Source of the DNA: an uncultured delta proteobacterium
GTDB taxonomy: Bacteria > Myxococcota_A > Polyangia > Polyangiales > Polyangiaceae
NCBI GenBank assembly: GCA_963806225.1
Contig: CAWDXG010000004.1
Location: forward strand, 5,472,001 to 5,536,000
Direction: 5' to 3'
DNA: 64,000 bases
The notes below the pieces were generated by a model. It was not told where the DNA came from, did no database searches, and was given only the letters and a program-made list of their open reading frames with translations. Below are positions 1 through 9,107 of the stretch, in pieces. The first letter of the stretch is position 1, and each line of letters opens with the position of its first letter. The position numbers and the translations under genes were made by a program.

Positions 1-9
1 AGTCTGACA

Positions 10-2316
10 GTGAAATACCGCGCTCTCGTCGTGCTGTTGGCCTTTGTTTTCGCTGCAGGGTGCGGGCAGGACGAAGGGTATCCTGGACCGACCGGCGGAG
101 GCGGCGCAGGGGGGATGGCGGGAAGCGGCGGCAGCGGCGGGATGCAGGTGCGGCAGAGCGTGGAGCAGCTGATGGTGACCCACGCCCACCCGGACACCGA
201 GCTGCGCCTATCGGACAGTCAGGGCAGGGAAGTGCAGACCGGCGTCACCGACAAGCTGGGCAGTCTCATCTTCCGCAAAGTGCCCCCCGGCGACGGCTAC
301 TTGATCGCCACGACGCGGCAGAGCCCCGAAGAGCACACCCGGCCGCTGCACGTGATGAGCATCGCGAACAGCCTGCCGGCGCAGAGCTTCTACAGCTCGC
401 AGAAGCTGGTCGCCGGCAACGGCTACATCACGACGCGCGATGGCACGAAGCTGTCCGTGTTCATCACGTTGCCCGGCCCGATCGATCAGGGGCCGTATCC
501 CACGGTCATCGACTACTCGGGCTACGACCCGTCCCGACCGGGTGCACCCATCCAGGGCACGCAGGTGCTGTGCAAGACCCTACCGACCCTGTGCGACGCG
601 CCGTCCGCTCCGGCGGCGCTGATCGCGGCGCTGATGGGCTACGCGACCGTGGGCGTCAATATGCGCGGCACCGGCTGCTCCGGCGGCGCCTACGATTTCT
701 TCGAGGAGTTGCAGCTGCTCGACGGCTACGACGTGGTCGAGACGGTGGCGGCGCAGGACTGGGCCCTCGGTCACAGGGTGGGCATGGTCGGGCTTTCCTA
801 TCCGGGGATCACGCAGCTCTTCGTAGGCGAGACGCGCCCGCCGAGTCTGGCGGCGATCACGCCGCTGAGCGTGATCGGCAATACCGCAAGCACGCTCGAG
901 CCGGGCGGCATCCTCAACGACGGTTTCGCCATCGACTGGGCGACCCACGTGCTCGACAAGGCGGACCCCTACGGCCAGGGCTGGGAGCAGGACCGGGTGG
1001 ACGCCGGAGACACGATCTGCGAGGAAAACCAGCTGCTTCACCTGCAGAAGGTGGACATCATCCAGAAGGCCTTCGACACCAAGTACTACGATCCGGCGAT
1101 CGTCGATCCGCTCAACCCGACGCTGTTCGTGCACAAGATCGACGTTCCGGTGTTTCTTGCTGGAGCGTGGCAGGACGAACAGACCGGCCCCTTCTTCACC
1201 ACGCTGCTCGACAAGTTCAAGAGCGCGCCGCTGGTCCGCTTCAACGTCTACAACGGAGTGCACCCGGACGGCTTCGCGCCGCACATCTTGACCGAGTGGA
1301 AGACGTTCCTGGATCTATACGTCGCCCATCGCGTCCCCTCGATCGCCCCCGCCCTGCTCGATGTGGCACCGCTCCTGTTCAAGGAGATCTTCGGGGTCTC
1401 GATGAAGCTGTCGCAGACGCGATTTGCGAGCTACGCCGACTACGACAAGGCCAGGGCCGACTACGAGAAGGAACTGCCGTTGCGCGCTATCTTCGAGGAT
1501 GGCGGGGAGAAGTCCGATCTGGGCGCGCCCGCCGGCACGTTCGAGCATCGCTTCAGCCAGTGGCCGCCCGCCGAGACCCAGCCCCAGCGCTGGTACTTCG
1601 AGCCGGACGGCTCGCTCGGCCAGAGCCCGCCCACCGTGTCCGACTCGGCATCGTCCTTCAACCTCGACCCCGGCGCGGGCGAGCGGGGCATCCTGGCTCC
1701 GGGCGGCAACATCTGGGATGCGCTGCCCGATTACGCCTGGCCCGAGCTCACGGATGGCGACGCCGTGGCCTTCGTCAGCGCGCCGCTCCAGAAGGACCTG
1801 CTCATGCTCGGCACCGGCAGCGTCGACATGTGGATCAAGTCCACGGTCGACGACGCGGATCTCGAGATCAACCTCACCGAGGTGCGCCCCGACGGCAAGG
1901 AGATGTACGTGCAGAGCGGCTGGCTCCGCGCCAGCGAGCGCAAGCTGGGTCCATCTTCGACGGACCTCTGGCCGGAACCGACCTTCATGAAGCAGGACGT
2001 GCAGCCGCTGGTGCCCGGGCAGTGGGTCAAGGTGCGCGTGGCTATTGCGGGCTTCTCCCACGTGTTTCGCAAGGGCTCGCGCATCCGCGTGTCGGTCGAC
2101 ACGCCCGGCGACAGTCGCTCCGTGTGGCGCTTCCGTCTGAAGACGTTCCCGAACGGCGCCACGCACACCGTCGCGCACTCGTCGACCTACCCGTCGAGCG
2201 TGCTCCTGCCCGTGATCTCCGGCGTGCCGGTCACCACGCCGCTTCCGCCGTGCCCGTCGCTGCGCGGCGAGCCTTGTCGGAAGTATGTGGCGTATGTGAA
2301 TACGCCGGCGCAGTAG
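10..2316 (+). CDS. CocE/NonD family serine hydrolase (X-Pro dipeptidyl-peptidase-like), lipoprotein
   Basis: Lipobox FAAGC followed by a Gly-rich linker; RDGTKLSV, NMRGTGCSGG and nucleophile GLSYPG (GxSYxG); C-terminal PepX-like domain (SHVFRKGSRIRV). Confidence 0.85.
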   Translation: MKYRALVVLLAFVFAAGCGQDEGYPGPTGGGGAGGMAGSGGSGGMQVRQSVEQLMVTHAHPDTELRLSDSQGREVQTGVTDKLGSLIFRKVPPGDGYLIATTRQSPEEHTRPLHVMSIANSLPAQSFYSSQKLVAGNGYITTRDGTKLSVFITLPGPIDQGPYPTVIDYSGYDPSRPGAPIQGTQVLCKTLPTLCDAPSAPAALIAALMGYATVGVNMRGTGCSGGAYDFFEELQLLDGYDVVETVAAQDWALGHRVGMVGLSYPGITQLFVGETRPPSLAAITPLSVIGNTASTLEPGGILNDGFAIDWATHVLDKADPYGQGWEQDRVDAGDTICEENQLLHLQKVDIIQKAFDTKYYDPAIVDPLNPTLFVHKIDVPVFLAGAWQDEQTGPFFTTLLDKFKSAPLVRFNVYNGVHPDGFAPHILTEWKTFLDLYVAHRVPSIAPALLDVAPLLFKEIFGVSMKLSQTRFASYADYDKARADYEKELPLRAIFEDGGEKSDLGAPAGTFEHRFSQWPPAETQPQRWYFEPDGSLGQSPPTVSDSASSFNLDPGAGERGILAPGGNIWDALPDYAWPELTDGDAVAFVSAPLQKDLLMLGTGSVDMWIKSTVDDADLEINLTEVRPDGKEMYVQSGWLRASERKLGPSSTDLWPEPTFMKQDVQPLVPGQWVKVRVAIAGFSHVFRKGSRIRVSVDTPGDSRSVWRFRLKTFPNGATHTVAHSSTYPSSVLLPVISGVPVTTPLPPCPSLRGEPCRKYVAYVNTPAQ

Positions 2317-2329
2317 GCCCGCTCGGTTC

Positions 2330-2893
2330 TCAGAACATCCACCCCACCGTCCAGTCGAACCGGTACACCGGGCGCATCCACGGTGCGAGCCGACCGGTGA
2401 CGTCGAGGTCGGCGCGCGCGCCGACGCCCAGGCTGGGCGTGACTTCGAGATGGCCGATGGCGAAGCGCCAGCCGAAGGAGCCGACGAGCGAGTAGCCCTC
2501 GTTGCCACCGATCCAGCGATCGCGCCGCGTGTCGGTCATGGTCATGAAGGCGGCGTCGAAGCGGAGCGACATGTAGGGGCCGACCATGGCGTCGCTGCCG
2601 AGGTGCGCCGAGCGGTCCGGGCCCCAGAGCCAGTAGCGCGGCTCGATGCCCGCGGTCGTGACCCACGACGAGTAGTCGCTGCGGCTGCTCGAACGCACGC
2701 CGAGGCCGAGCGCGAGGCTCCAGTGCCTTGGTGCGAGGTAGCGCTCGTACTGCACGGCCAGGCCGTGCGACGTGAGCGAGAAAGGGTGGAGGCTGATCGC
2801 GTTCCGGGGTCCGACCTCGTCCGCTCGGGCCGCTCTTGCGAACGCGATCGCGACGACGAGAGCGAGCAGCGACGCGACGCGCTTCACGGCCAT
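2330..2893 (-). CDS. Putative small outer-membrane beta-barrel protein (DUF3575-like)
   Basis: Signal peptide MAVKRVASLLALVVAIAFARAARA; alternating amphipathic strands; C-terminal aromatic beta-signal (WTVGWMF). Start placed at ATG 2893, or GTG 2887 overlapping the upstream stop, not at the ORF-track start. Confidence 0.6.
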   Translation of the reverse strand: MAVKRVASLLALVVAIAFARAARADEVGPRNAISLHPFSLTSHGLAVQYERYLAPRHWSLALGLGVRSSSRSDYSSWVTTAGIEPRYWLWGPDRSAHLGSDAMVGPYMSLRFDAAFMTMTDTRRDRWIGGNEGYSLVGSFGWRFAIGHLEVTPSLGVGARADLDVTGRLAPWMRPVYRFDWTVGWMF

Positions 2894-3750
2894 CCCACTG
2901 TGCGGGACAGGAAGTCGCTCATGGCGGCCCAGCCCTCGGGCGTCATGTCCGCGACCTCGAGGTCCACGGCGCCGGCGTTCTCGTCGGGATTGACGAGATG
3001 CCCGCCGCCGTTGGTCAGAAGCAGCTCGGCGTCGTTGCCGGCGTCGCGCATCGAGTCGCGCATGCGCGAAAGGTCGCCGAAGTCGGCGAACCAGTCGGCG
3101 CCGCCGGTAATGAGCAGCATCGGCGGCTTGTGGGGCCCGACATAGGTGATCGGCGAGGCCCCGTCGTAGTTCTCCGGCACCTCGCTCTCGCTGCCGCCGA
3201 GGAAGTCCTTCACCCACGGGAAATCCTTGCCGTGGAAGTCCTGCACACCGGCCGAGCTGATGACGGCCGCCGGCAGCCCGGTGCCGCCTGCGGCGCAGTC
3301 GGGGGTGTGCTCCGGCGCGTCGGCCGAGACGCCGATCAGCGACGCGAGCTGTCCGCCCGCCGAGTAGCCGGTTACCGCGATGCGATGCGGGTCGATCCCG
3401 TATTCATCGGCGTGCTTGCGGAGGTAGGCGAGCGCGCACACACAGTCCTGCACGGCGCGCGGGTACACGCCGGCTGGCCCGAGCCGGTAGTTGATCGACA
3501 CTGCGACCCAGCCCGAGCGCGCCATACGCACGGCCGCGTCGTGGTAGGCGTCCTTGGAGCCGCCGCGCCACGCTCCGCCGTGGATCATCATGATCGCCGG
3601 GCTGTGCGCGGGTGCGCCCGACGGGAGATAGACGTCCATCGTGGTCGCGTTGCCGAAGCGATCGTCGTAGGAGACGTTCTTGATCTCGCCCGGCGCGCCG
3701 CAGCCGACGAGCGTCCCGAGCGCGATCACCAGCGCAAGAATCCGCCACAC
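2884..3750 (-). CDS. Alpha/beta hydrolase (HSL-type esterase/lipase), lipoprotein
   Basis: Lipobox LVGC; HGGAW oxyanion motif; SINYRLGP; nucleophile GYSAGG; late GGGH. Confidence 0.85.
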   Translation of the reverse strand: MWRILALVIALGTLVGCGAPGEIKNVSYDDRFGNATTMDVYLPSGAPAHSPAIMMIHGGAWRGGSKDAYHDAAVRMARSGWVAVSINYRLGPAGVYPRAVQDCVCALAYLRKHADEYGIDPHRIAVTGYSAGGQLASLIGVSADAPEHTPDCAAGGTGLPAAVISSAGVQDFHGKDFPWVKDFLGGSESEVPENYDGASPITYVGPHKPPMLLITGGADWFADFGDLSRMRDSMRDAGNDAELLLTNGGGHLVNPDENAGAVDLEVADMTPEGWAAMSDFLSRTVGWP

Positions 3751-3763
3751 ACCGTGGTGCTCG

Positions 3764-3780
3764 TGCGAGCGGCGTGCCAG
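3764..3780 (-). promoter_or_regulatory. Candidate sigma54 (-24/-12) promoter for the esterase/beta-barrel pair
   Basis: Minus strand reads CTGGCACGCCGCTCGCA: TGGCACG with exact GG-N10-GC spacing. The predicted start site (~3753) lies just upstream of GTG 3750. Confidence 0.5.
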
Positions 3781-3916
3781 CCGCTATTTGCTGGAATTGT
3801 CGCGTCGGGAGAGGAGCGCGCCAACGCGCGTTCGCGAGGCGGCATGAAGCGGCGTTCACGCCGGGCGCGCGGGCTCGAAGCTCGCCGCGCGTCTGCTGGC
3901 CGCGTTGGCGCCGCCT

Positions 3917-6028
3917 CTACTGCGGCGGTGGTTGCGAGCAGACGTGGTTGATGCAGGTAACGCCGCTGGCGGCGGCGCAGCAGTCCGAGTCGGCGTCGCA
4001 GTGATCACCGGTCTGCGAGCAGCCTCCGGTCTGCGGCGAGCAGATCGGGCCGCCTGCTTCCGCGTCCTGGCGGCAGTAGCCGCCGCAGCACTGGGTGCCG
4101 GTCGTGCAGGACTGGCCGTCCTGCTTGCACGGGTCGAGCGCCCAGAAACCGCGCATGTTGAGCGAGCTGGCGTCCTGTCCCTGCAGGCGGAACGGTGCGT
4201 GGCTCGGGTCCTGTCCGGCGGTGGGGTTCTGGTCGATCGCCGCGACCCACAGCTGCTTGACCTGATCCTTCGTGCCCAGAAGCTCGTTGCCGTAGGTGCG
4301 GCGGCTGGTGAACACGACCCAGAAGTAGCCACCGGAGGCCACGGGCGCGAATGTGGGTTCGAAGTTCCAGTGCAGGTCCCGGCTGCCCGCCGCGAACGGA
4401 TAGCCGTCGCCATCGAGCGCGCCGAGGCGGACCTCGCTGTTCGGCGTCTGCGTGCTGGCGATGTAGAGATCCCCATTGCCCGTACGCGTATCGGCGGCTG
4501 CGCTGCGACCGTAGAGTACCCACTTGCCGTCGGGCGAGACGGTCGGCCACACGATGCGGTTGGCTGGGTCGCTGCCGGCCGAAATCAGCACGTGGTCGTT
4601 CGACGCCATCGGGTTCTTCGCGGCGTCGAAGTCCACCACATGCAGATCAGCGGGCGGTGGCTTGTTCCACCCCTCGGGCCAGGTCGCCGGGTCGCCCGCA
4701 GACACGTACGCGATGAGCGAGCCCTCGGGCGACCAGGCGGGCATCGCCGTCATCGCGCCGTCGAGCCCGCTGTTCGGCACCTTCGCGCCCGTCTGCGTGT
4801 CGTACAGGCTCTCGAAACCGCTTGGGCCGCTGACTGCGAGGCTCAAACCCACGCCCATGGTGTTGGTCAGCATGTACTTGCCGTGGGGCGAGACCGCGGA
4901 GTTGCTCCACTCGACCGACTGCCCCTGGGTGAGACCGCTGGCCCAGGTGCCGCCGGTGTAGAAGATGGGCTGGCTTGTCTGCAGGTTGTACGAGCCGCCG
5001 AAGGTGCCGCCGCCCGAGATCAGCGTCGAGCCGTCCGCCGAGACCGTATGGCAGGTCATCAGACATTGGGACTGGACGTATTTGTTCGGATCGGTGAGCG
5101 GTGCCTGGTTCGCGAAGTCGTCGGGCACGCTGGCGCCAGGCTTGATGCGCATGACGCGCCCCAGGTTGTTCGCCCAGTAGTAGATGGTGCCGCGCATCGA
5201 CTCCGGCGCGATGGTCCACTTCTGCTGCGTGACCACGGTCGCATTCGCGCCATCGTAGCGGGACACGAACAGGTCGGCGGAGCCGCTGGTCGAGTCGGTG
5301 AACTTGGTCCACAGCGCGGGGTCGATCGTGTACTTCGACGGCGCTGGCGCTGTCGTGAACGCCTCGAGAATGAAGTACGGACTCGACAGCCGCACGTAGT
5401 AGATGTCGGCGGCGCCGCCACCGTTCCATTCGAGGGGCGGCGACAGGAGCCCGCGCGGGAAGACCGTCTTGTCGTACGGATAGGCCCACACGCAGGACGT
5501 GTCCTGGGTCGTGGCGCCGGTCAGTGCCGTCTGCACGTTGGTCGGAGCACTGACGGCGTCGTCGAGGAACCGCAGCTTGATCCCGAGCTGCGCCGTACCG
5601 GTCTGCCCCTTGTACGCCGCGGTCACGGTGACCTGTCCGCCCACGTTGGCCGACGGCGTGAACACGCCGGCGTTGTCGATAGTGCCGGCGGCGGGCAGGT
5701 TGGCCGACCAGGTTGGAGTCGGGATCGGCTGGGTTGAACCGTCCGCGTAGTTTGCGACGGCGGTGAATCCCTGGGTGACGACCTTGCCGTCGACGATCTC
5801 GATCGTCACGCTGGCGGGTTTGACGCTGATGCTCTTGATCTTGTTGGTGCCGAGGTTGATGCCCGTGTCGCCGCCGCTGCCGGCCGACGCATCTCCCGCT
5901 CCGCCCCCGGTTCCGCTGTGGTGCCCGCTGGCGACTCCGCCGCTGTTGCCGCCGCCGCAGCCGACAGGAAGCGCCGCCAGGGCCGCCGCGAAGAGACAAG
6001 AACCGAGAAGAAGCTTGATGCCACCCAT
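3917..6028 (-). CDS. Lipoprotein with Ig-like domain, TolB/PD40-like beta-propeller and Cys-rich C-terminal repeats
   Basis: Lipobox PVGC and Gly-rich linker; SISVKPAS Ig-like start; propeller repeats VSADGS, VSPHGK, WSPEGS, VSPDGKW; C-terminal C-X6-C-X5-CC modules. Confidence 0.7.
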   Translation of the reverse strand: MGGIKLLLGSCLFAAALAALPVGCGGGNSGGVASGHHSGTGGGAGDASAGSGGDTGINLGTNKIKSISVKPASVTIEIVDGKVVTQGFTAVANYADGSTQPIPTPTWSANLPAAGTIDNAGVFTPSANVGGQVTVTAAYKGQTGTAQLGIKLRFLDDAVSAPTNVQTALTGATTQDTSCVWAYPYDKTVFPRGLLSPPLEWNGGGAADIYYVRLSSPYFILEAFTTAPAPSKYTIDPALWTKFTDSTSGSADLFVSRYDGANATVVTQQKWTIAPESMRGTIYYWANNLGRVMRIKPGASVPDDFANQAPLTDPNKYVQSQCLMTCHTVSADGSTLISGGGTFGGSYNLQTSQPIFYTGGTWASGLTQGQSVEWSNSAVSPHGKYMLTNTMGVGLSLAVSGPSGFESLYDTQTGAKVPNSGLDGAMTAMPAWSPEGSLIAYVSAGDPATWPEGWNKPPPADLHVVDFDAAKNPMASNDHVLISAGSDPANRIVWPTVSPDGKWVLYGRSAAADTRTGNGDLYIASTQTPNSEVRLGALDGDGYPFAAGSRDLHWNFEPTFAPVASGGYFWVVFTSRRTYGNELLGTKDQVKQLWVAAIDQNPTAGQDPSHAPFRLQGQDASSLNMRGFWALDPCKQDGQSCTTGTQCCGGYCRQDAEAGGPICSPQTGGCSQTGDHCDADSDCCAAASGVTCINHVCSQPPPQ

Positions 6029-6081
6029 GCGGCGATTCTACGCGATTGCGCCGCGGGCTGACAGCGCCGCGATAGGACCGC

Positions 6082-6855
6082 CTAGAAGTACGCGATCATG
6101 CCCGCTCCGAGCTTGAAGCGGCGGTAGGACGTGCCGGTCGAGTAGGAGACGGGTCCTCGCGGCCCGGTGTCCGTGTGCGTGTACGTGCCCGTGAAGCTGA
6201 GATCGAGCCCGGGTCCGACGTAGAAGCCGAAGTGATCGACCGGCATGATCGTGAACAGCACGTCGGCGGAGAACAGCCAGAACGTGTACTTGTCCTCCGG
6301 GATCGTACTCTGGTAGTCGGGGTGCTCGTCGTCGACAGCAACTGAAATGCCTCCGCGGAACCAGAAGCCGAGCAGGTCGCTCAGCATCAGCGCGTAGCCG
6401 ACCTTGGGCTCGAAAATGAACGTCGAGCCTGTGCCCAGATCATACTTGCGCGTGGCACCGCCGGGGCCCGCGGGTTGCTCCCAGCTGCCGCTGCGTGACT
6501 CGTAGCCGAGGTTGCCGCCGAGCGAGAGCCCGTCGATGATGAAGTAGTGGAAGCCGACGGTCGAGGCGGGCGCCGTTACCGTGTACCGGCCGCCGCCGCG
6601 GGTCGAGAACAGGAGCGAGAAGCGGGTGTTGTCTTCCGAATACTTGAACCCGTTGTCGTCCTTCCAATCGACGTGATCGTTGTACACGCCCATCAGGTCT
6701 TCCGCGGTGACCGCGAACTGCCCCTTGGAACCGAAGCGGTCCGGCGACGCAGCGTCCTGTGCAAAGGCGCGGGCTTCGAAGGAGAACAGTGCTGCCCCGA
6801 GGGCGGCAGCGGTGAGGAGGTGTCGCGCGAGCTTGGGTGTAGCGGTCGAGGTCAT
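6082..6855 (-). CDS. Outer-membrane beta-barrel protein
   Basis: Signal peptide ending AFA-Q; amphipathic strands (GFHYFIIDGLSLGG, EPKVGY, FGFYVGPGLD); C-terminal AYF. Confidence 0.7.
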   Translation of the reverse strand: MTSTATPKLARHLLTAAALGAALFSFEARAFAQDAASPDRFGSKGQFAVTAEDLMGVYNDHVDWKDDNGFKYSEDNTRFSLLFSTRGGGRYTVTAPASTVGFHYFIIDGLSLGGNLGYESRSGSWEQPAGPGGATRKYDLGTGSTFIFEPKVGYALMLSDLLGFWFRGGISVAVDDEHPDYQSTIPEDKYTFWLFSADVLFTIMPVDHFGFYVGPGLDLSFTGTYTHTDTGPRGPVSYSTGTSYRRFKLGAGMIAYF

Positions 6856-6926
6856 GCCTCGACTGTAGAACGGCAGACGCTCGCGCGGCTAGCTCCGTGA
6901 TCCGCCCCATGCAAGGTCCGGGCCTG

Positions 6927-8864
6927 TCAGCGCGCGGGGTGGCCGCCGGCAATGAGTAGTTGCCCAGAGAAGTCGCGGACCAGGTGTTCGGCGTCGGCCG
7001 CGCTCCGCGATTGGTCCCGCAATACGTGTCCGAATCTGTCCTCGAAGCCGCGCAGCGTTACGGTGGGCTTGTACAGCCCCAGCGTCAGACGCAGCCGATC
7101 GCTGCCCGACACGAGCAGCGCGTCGGCTCTGTGGTGATCGAACGACGCGTGGGCGAGCAGCAGCGAGTTCCGCGGCGGACTGGGCTGTAGCAGGTCGCGG
7201 CCCGCCGCATCCGGTAGCTCGACGTGCTGGCCCGCCACCAGGTGCGCGAGCGTCGGCAGCACGTCGACGTGCAGGGTCGGGTCGCTATCGCGGCGACGCG
7301 GCACGCCTGGGCCGACGATGGCCATCGGCGTCTTGGCGATCACGTCGGCGAACGAATAGCCGTGGCCGTAGCGCCCGTCGTCGAACAGGCTCTCGCCGTG
7401 GTCGCCGGTCAGCACGATGACGTTCTTGTCCGGGTCGAGCTTGTCGATCGCGTCAGCAACCAGGTCGTCGAGAAACGCCAGCGAGTTGTGGTAGCGATTG
7501 GTCAGCGGCACCCGCGCTGCGGCGCCCAGGCTGCTCATGTGCGTGACCGAGAAGTGTACGTTGTTGATCACCGGCAGGTGGCGTTCGTACTTCTCCGGGT
7601 ACCTGTACTCGAAGTGAGAGGAGATCAGGAACACGACGCCGAACAGCGGCCGCTTGTGGGGCGCGTTCGCCGCTTTCACCAGGCTCGACATCGCATGCCG
7701 GTCCCAGTCGATCCACGGGCCCTTGTCGTAGTGGACGAAGCTGTCGAACGTGTGCCGGTTGATGAACTCCTCGCGCCGCATCCACACGACGGGATGCCCG
7801 CTGAAGTACCCGGTGTGGTAGCCGGCCCGCTCGAGTAGCACGAGCGCATCCGGTTTGACCTTGTTGTCGAGCGCGGCGTGGTAGACGAGCGGCGAGCGTC
7901 CGTACAGCAGAGCAAAGAGTCCCGCTTCCGAGTAGTTCGAGCCCGCGTAGTGGTCGGAGAGCCTCAGGCCGCCGTCCGCCCAGGCGGTGAGCCGCGGCAT
8001 CCAGGTGTGCGACAGCGCATCGGCGCGCAGGCTCTCCAGCACGATCACGATCAGATTGGGGCGGTGCGCGACCGGGATGTGCGTCGTGGAGCCGACGGGA
8101 TGCTGCGCCAGAAGCCGCGGAAACTCGCGCTTGTAGGAGCGTGACAGACTGACGGACAGCCGGTCGAGCACCGGGTCGGTGAAGTGCTGGACGTGACTGC
8201 GCGTCGGGCGGAGATCCACCGGCAGTGCTGCGAACAGCCGTTCGACGAGCACCGAGTGCTCGTAGCCGCCGGCGAGCAACACCGGTCCGCCTGCGCCGGC
8301 GAGCACGCCGGTGAGCGAGAGCACGCCGAGCGCGCCGCGGAAGCTCCGCGACGCTCGCCGCACCGGACGCGCCAGCGCGTAGCGGCAGACGTAGGCCGCG
8401 AGCGCGACCGCGACGGTGGAGACGGCCACGTGCTCGAGCGACGGCCACAGCCACTGGCCGATGCCGCCGGCTGCGCGTCCGCCGCCCTCGAGGCTGGCGA
8501 AGCGCAGCACCTCGGTCAGGTGCCGGCCGAAGTCCGCGTAGGCGCGAAGGTCGACCGACAGGATGCCCGCGCCCAGACCGCCGAGCCCGGCAAAACATGC
8601 GAAGGCGGTGCGGCGACGACCGCTCATCGACAGCGCGCTGGCCACCACCAGCGCGGGCAGCAGGAACACCAGCGTGTTGCCCATGATGCCGAGCGGCACC
8701 AGCCAGCGCTCGTCGCCGCCCAGAGCTGCGCCCCCGACCCCGAGTAGAGAGGCGAATGCCCGGCGATCGATCAGCAGATACGATCCGACTGCGTACAGCA
8801 CGGTCGCCATCGCGTATCCGACTACGTCGGCGGTGCCGGTCTCGGGGGCATCGCGCCTGGGCAT
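6927..8864 (-). CDS. Membrane-anchored sulfatase-like hydrolase/transferase (YejM/PbgA / LTA synthase-like)
   Basis: About five N-terminal TM helices; PNLIVIVLESLRAD; HYAGSNYSEAGLFALLYG; SHFEY; TGDHGESL; HVDVLPTL. Confidence 0.75.
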   Translation of the reverse strand: MPRRDAPETGTADVVGYAMATVLYAVGSYLLIDRRAFASLLGVGGAALGGDERWLVPLGIMGNTLVFLLPALVVASALSMSGRRRTAFACFAGLGGLGAGILSVDLRAYADFGRHLTEVLRFASLEGGGRAAGGIGQWLWPSLEHVAVSTVAVALAAYVCRYALARPVRRASRSFRGALGVLSLTGVLAGAGGPVLLAGGYEHSVLVERLFAALPVDLRPTRSHVQHFTDPVLDRLSVSLSRSYKREFPRLLAQHPVGSTTHIPVAHRPNLIVIVLESLRADALSHTWMPRLTAWADGGLRLSDHYAGSNYSEAGLFALLYGRSPLVYHAALDNKVKPDALVLLERAGYHTGYFSGHPVVWMRREEFINRHTFDSFVHYDKGPWIDWDRHAMSSLVKAANAPHKRPLFGVVFLISSHFEYRYPEKYERHLPVINNVHFSVTHMSSLGAAARVPLTNRYHNSLAFLDDLVADAIDKLDPDKNVIVLTGDHGESLFDDGRYGHGYSFADVIAKTPMAIVGPGVPRRRDSDPTLHVDVLPTLAHLVAGQHVELPDAAGRDLLQPSPPRNSLLLAHASFDHHRADALLVSGSDRLRLTLGLYKPTVTLRGFEDRFGHVLRDQSRSAADAEHLVRDFSGQLLIAGGHPAR

Positions 8865-9107
8865 GGGAAATCAAGCGTAGCAGAGCTCCTGTCCGGTTTC
8901 CTTTTCGGCGCTGGCGGACTGGCCCGTGAGTTGCAGCGAGCCGTCCCGGGGGAGGGGGATTACCGGACAACGCCGCTCGGCCTGCCGAGCGGCGCGAGAG
9001 CGCGCGATGGGTTTGTTGCGGTGATGCGCAGGCAACACGCAAAGGCTGCGCCGCGCAGGCTCGGTCCGGACTGTCCCGAAGCCGGCTCGAAACAAAAGGG
9101 GGGGACC

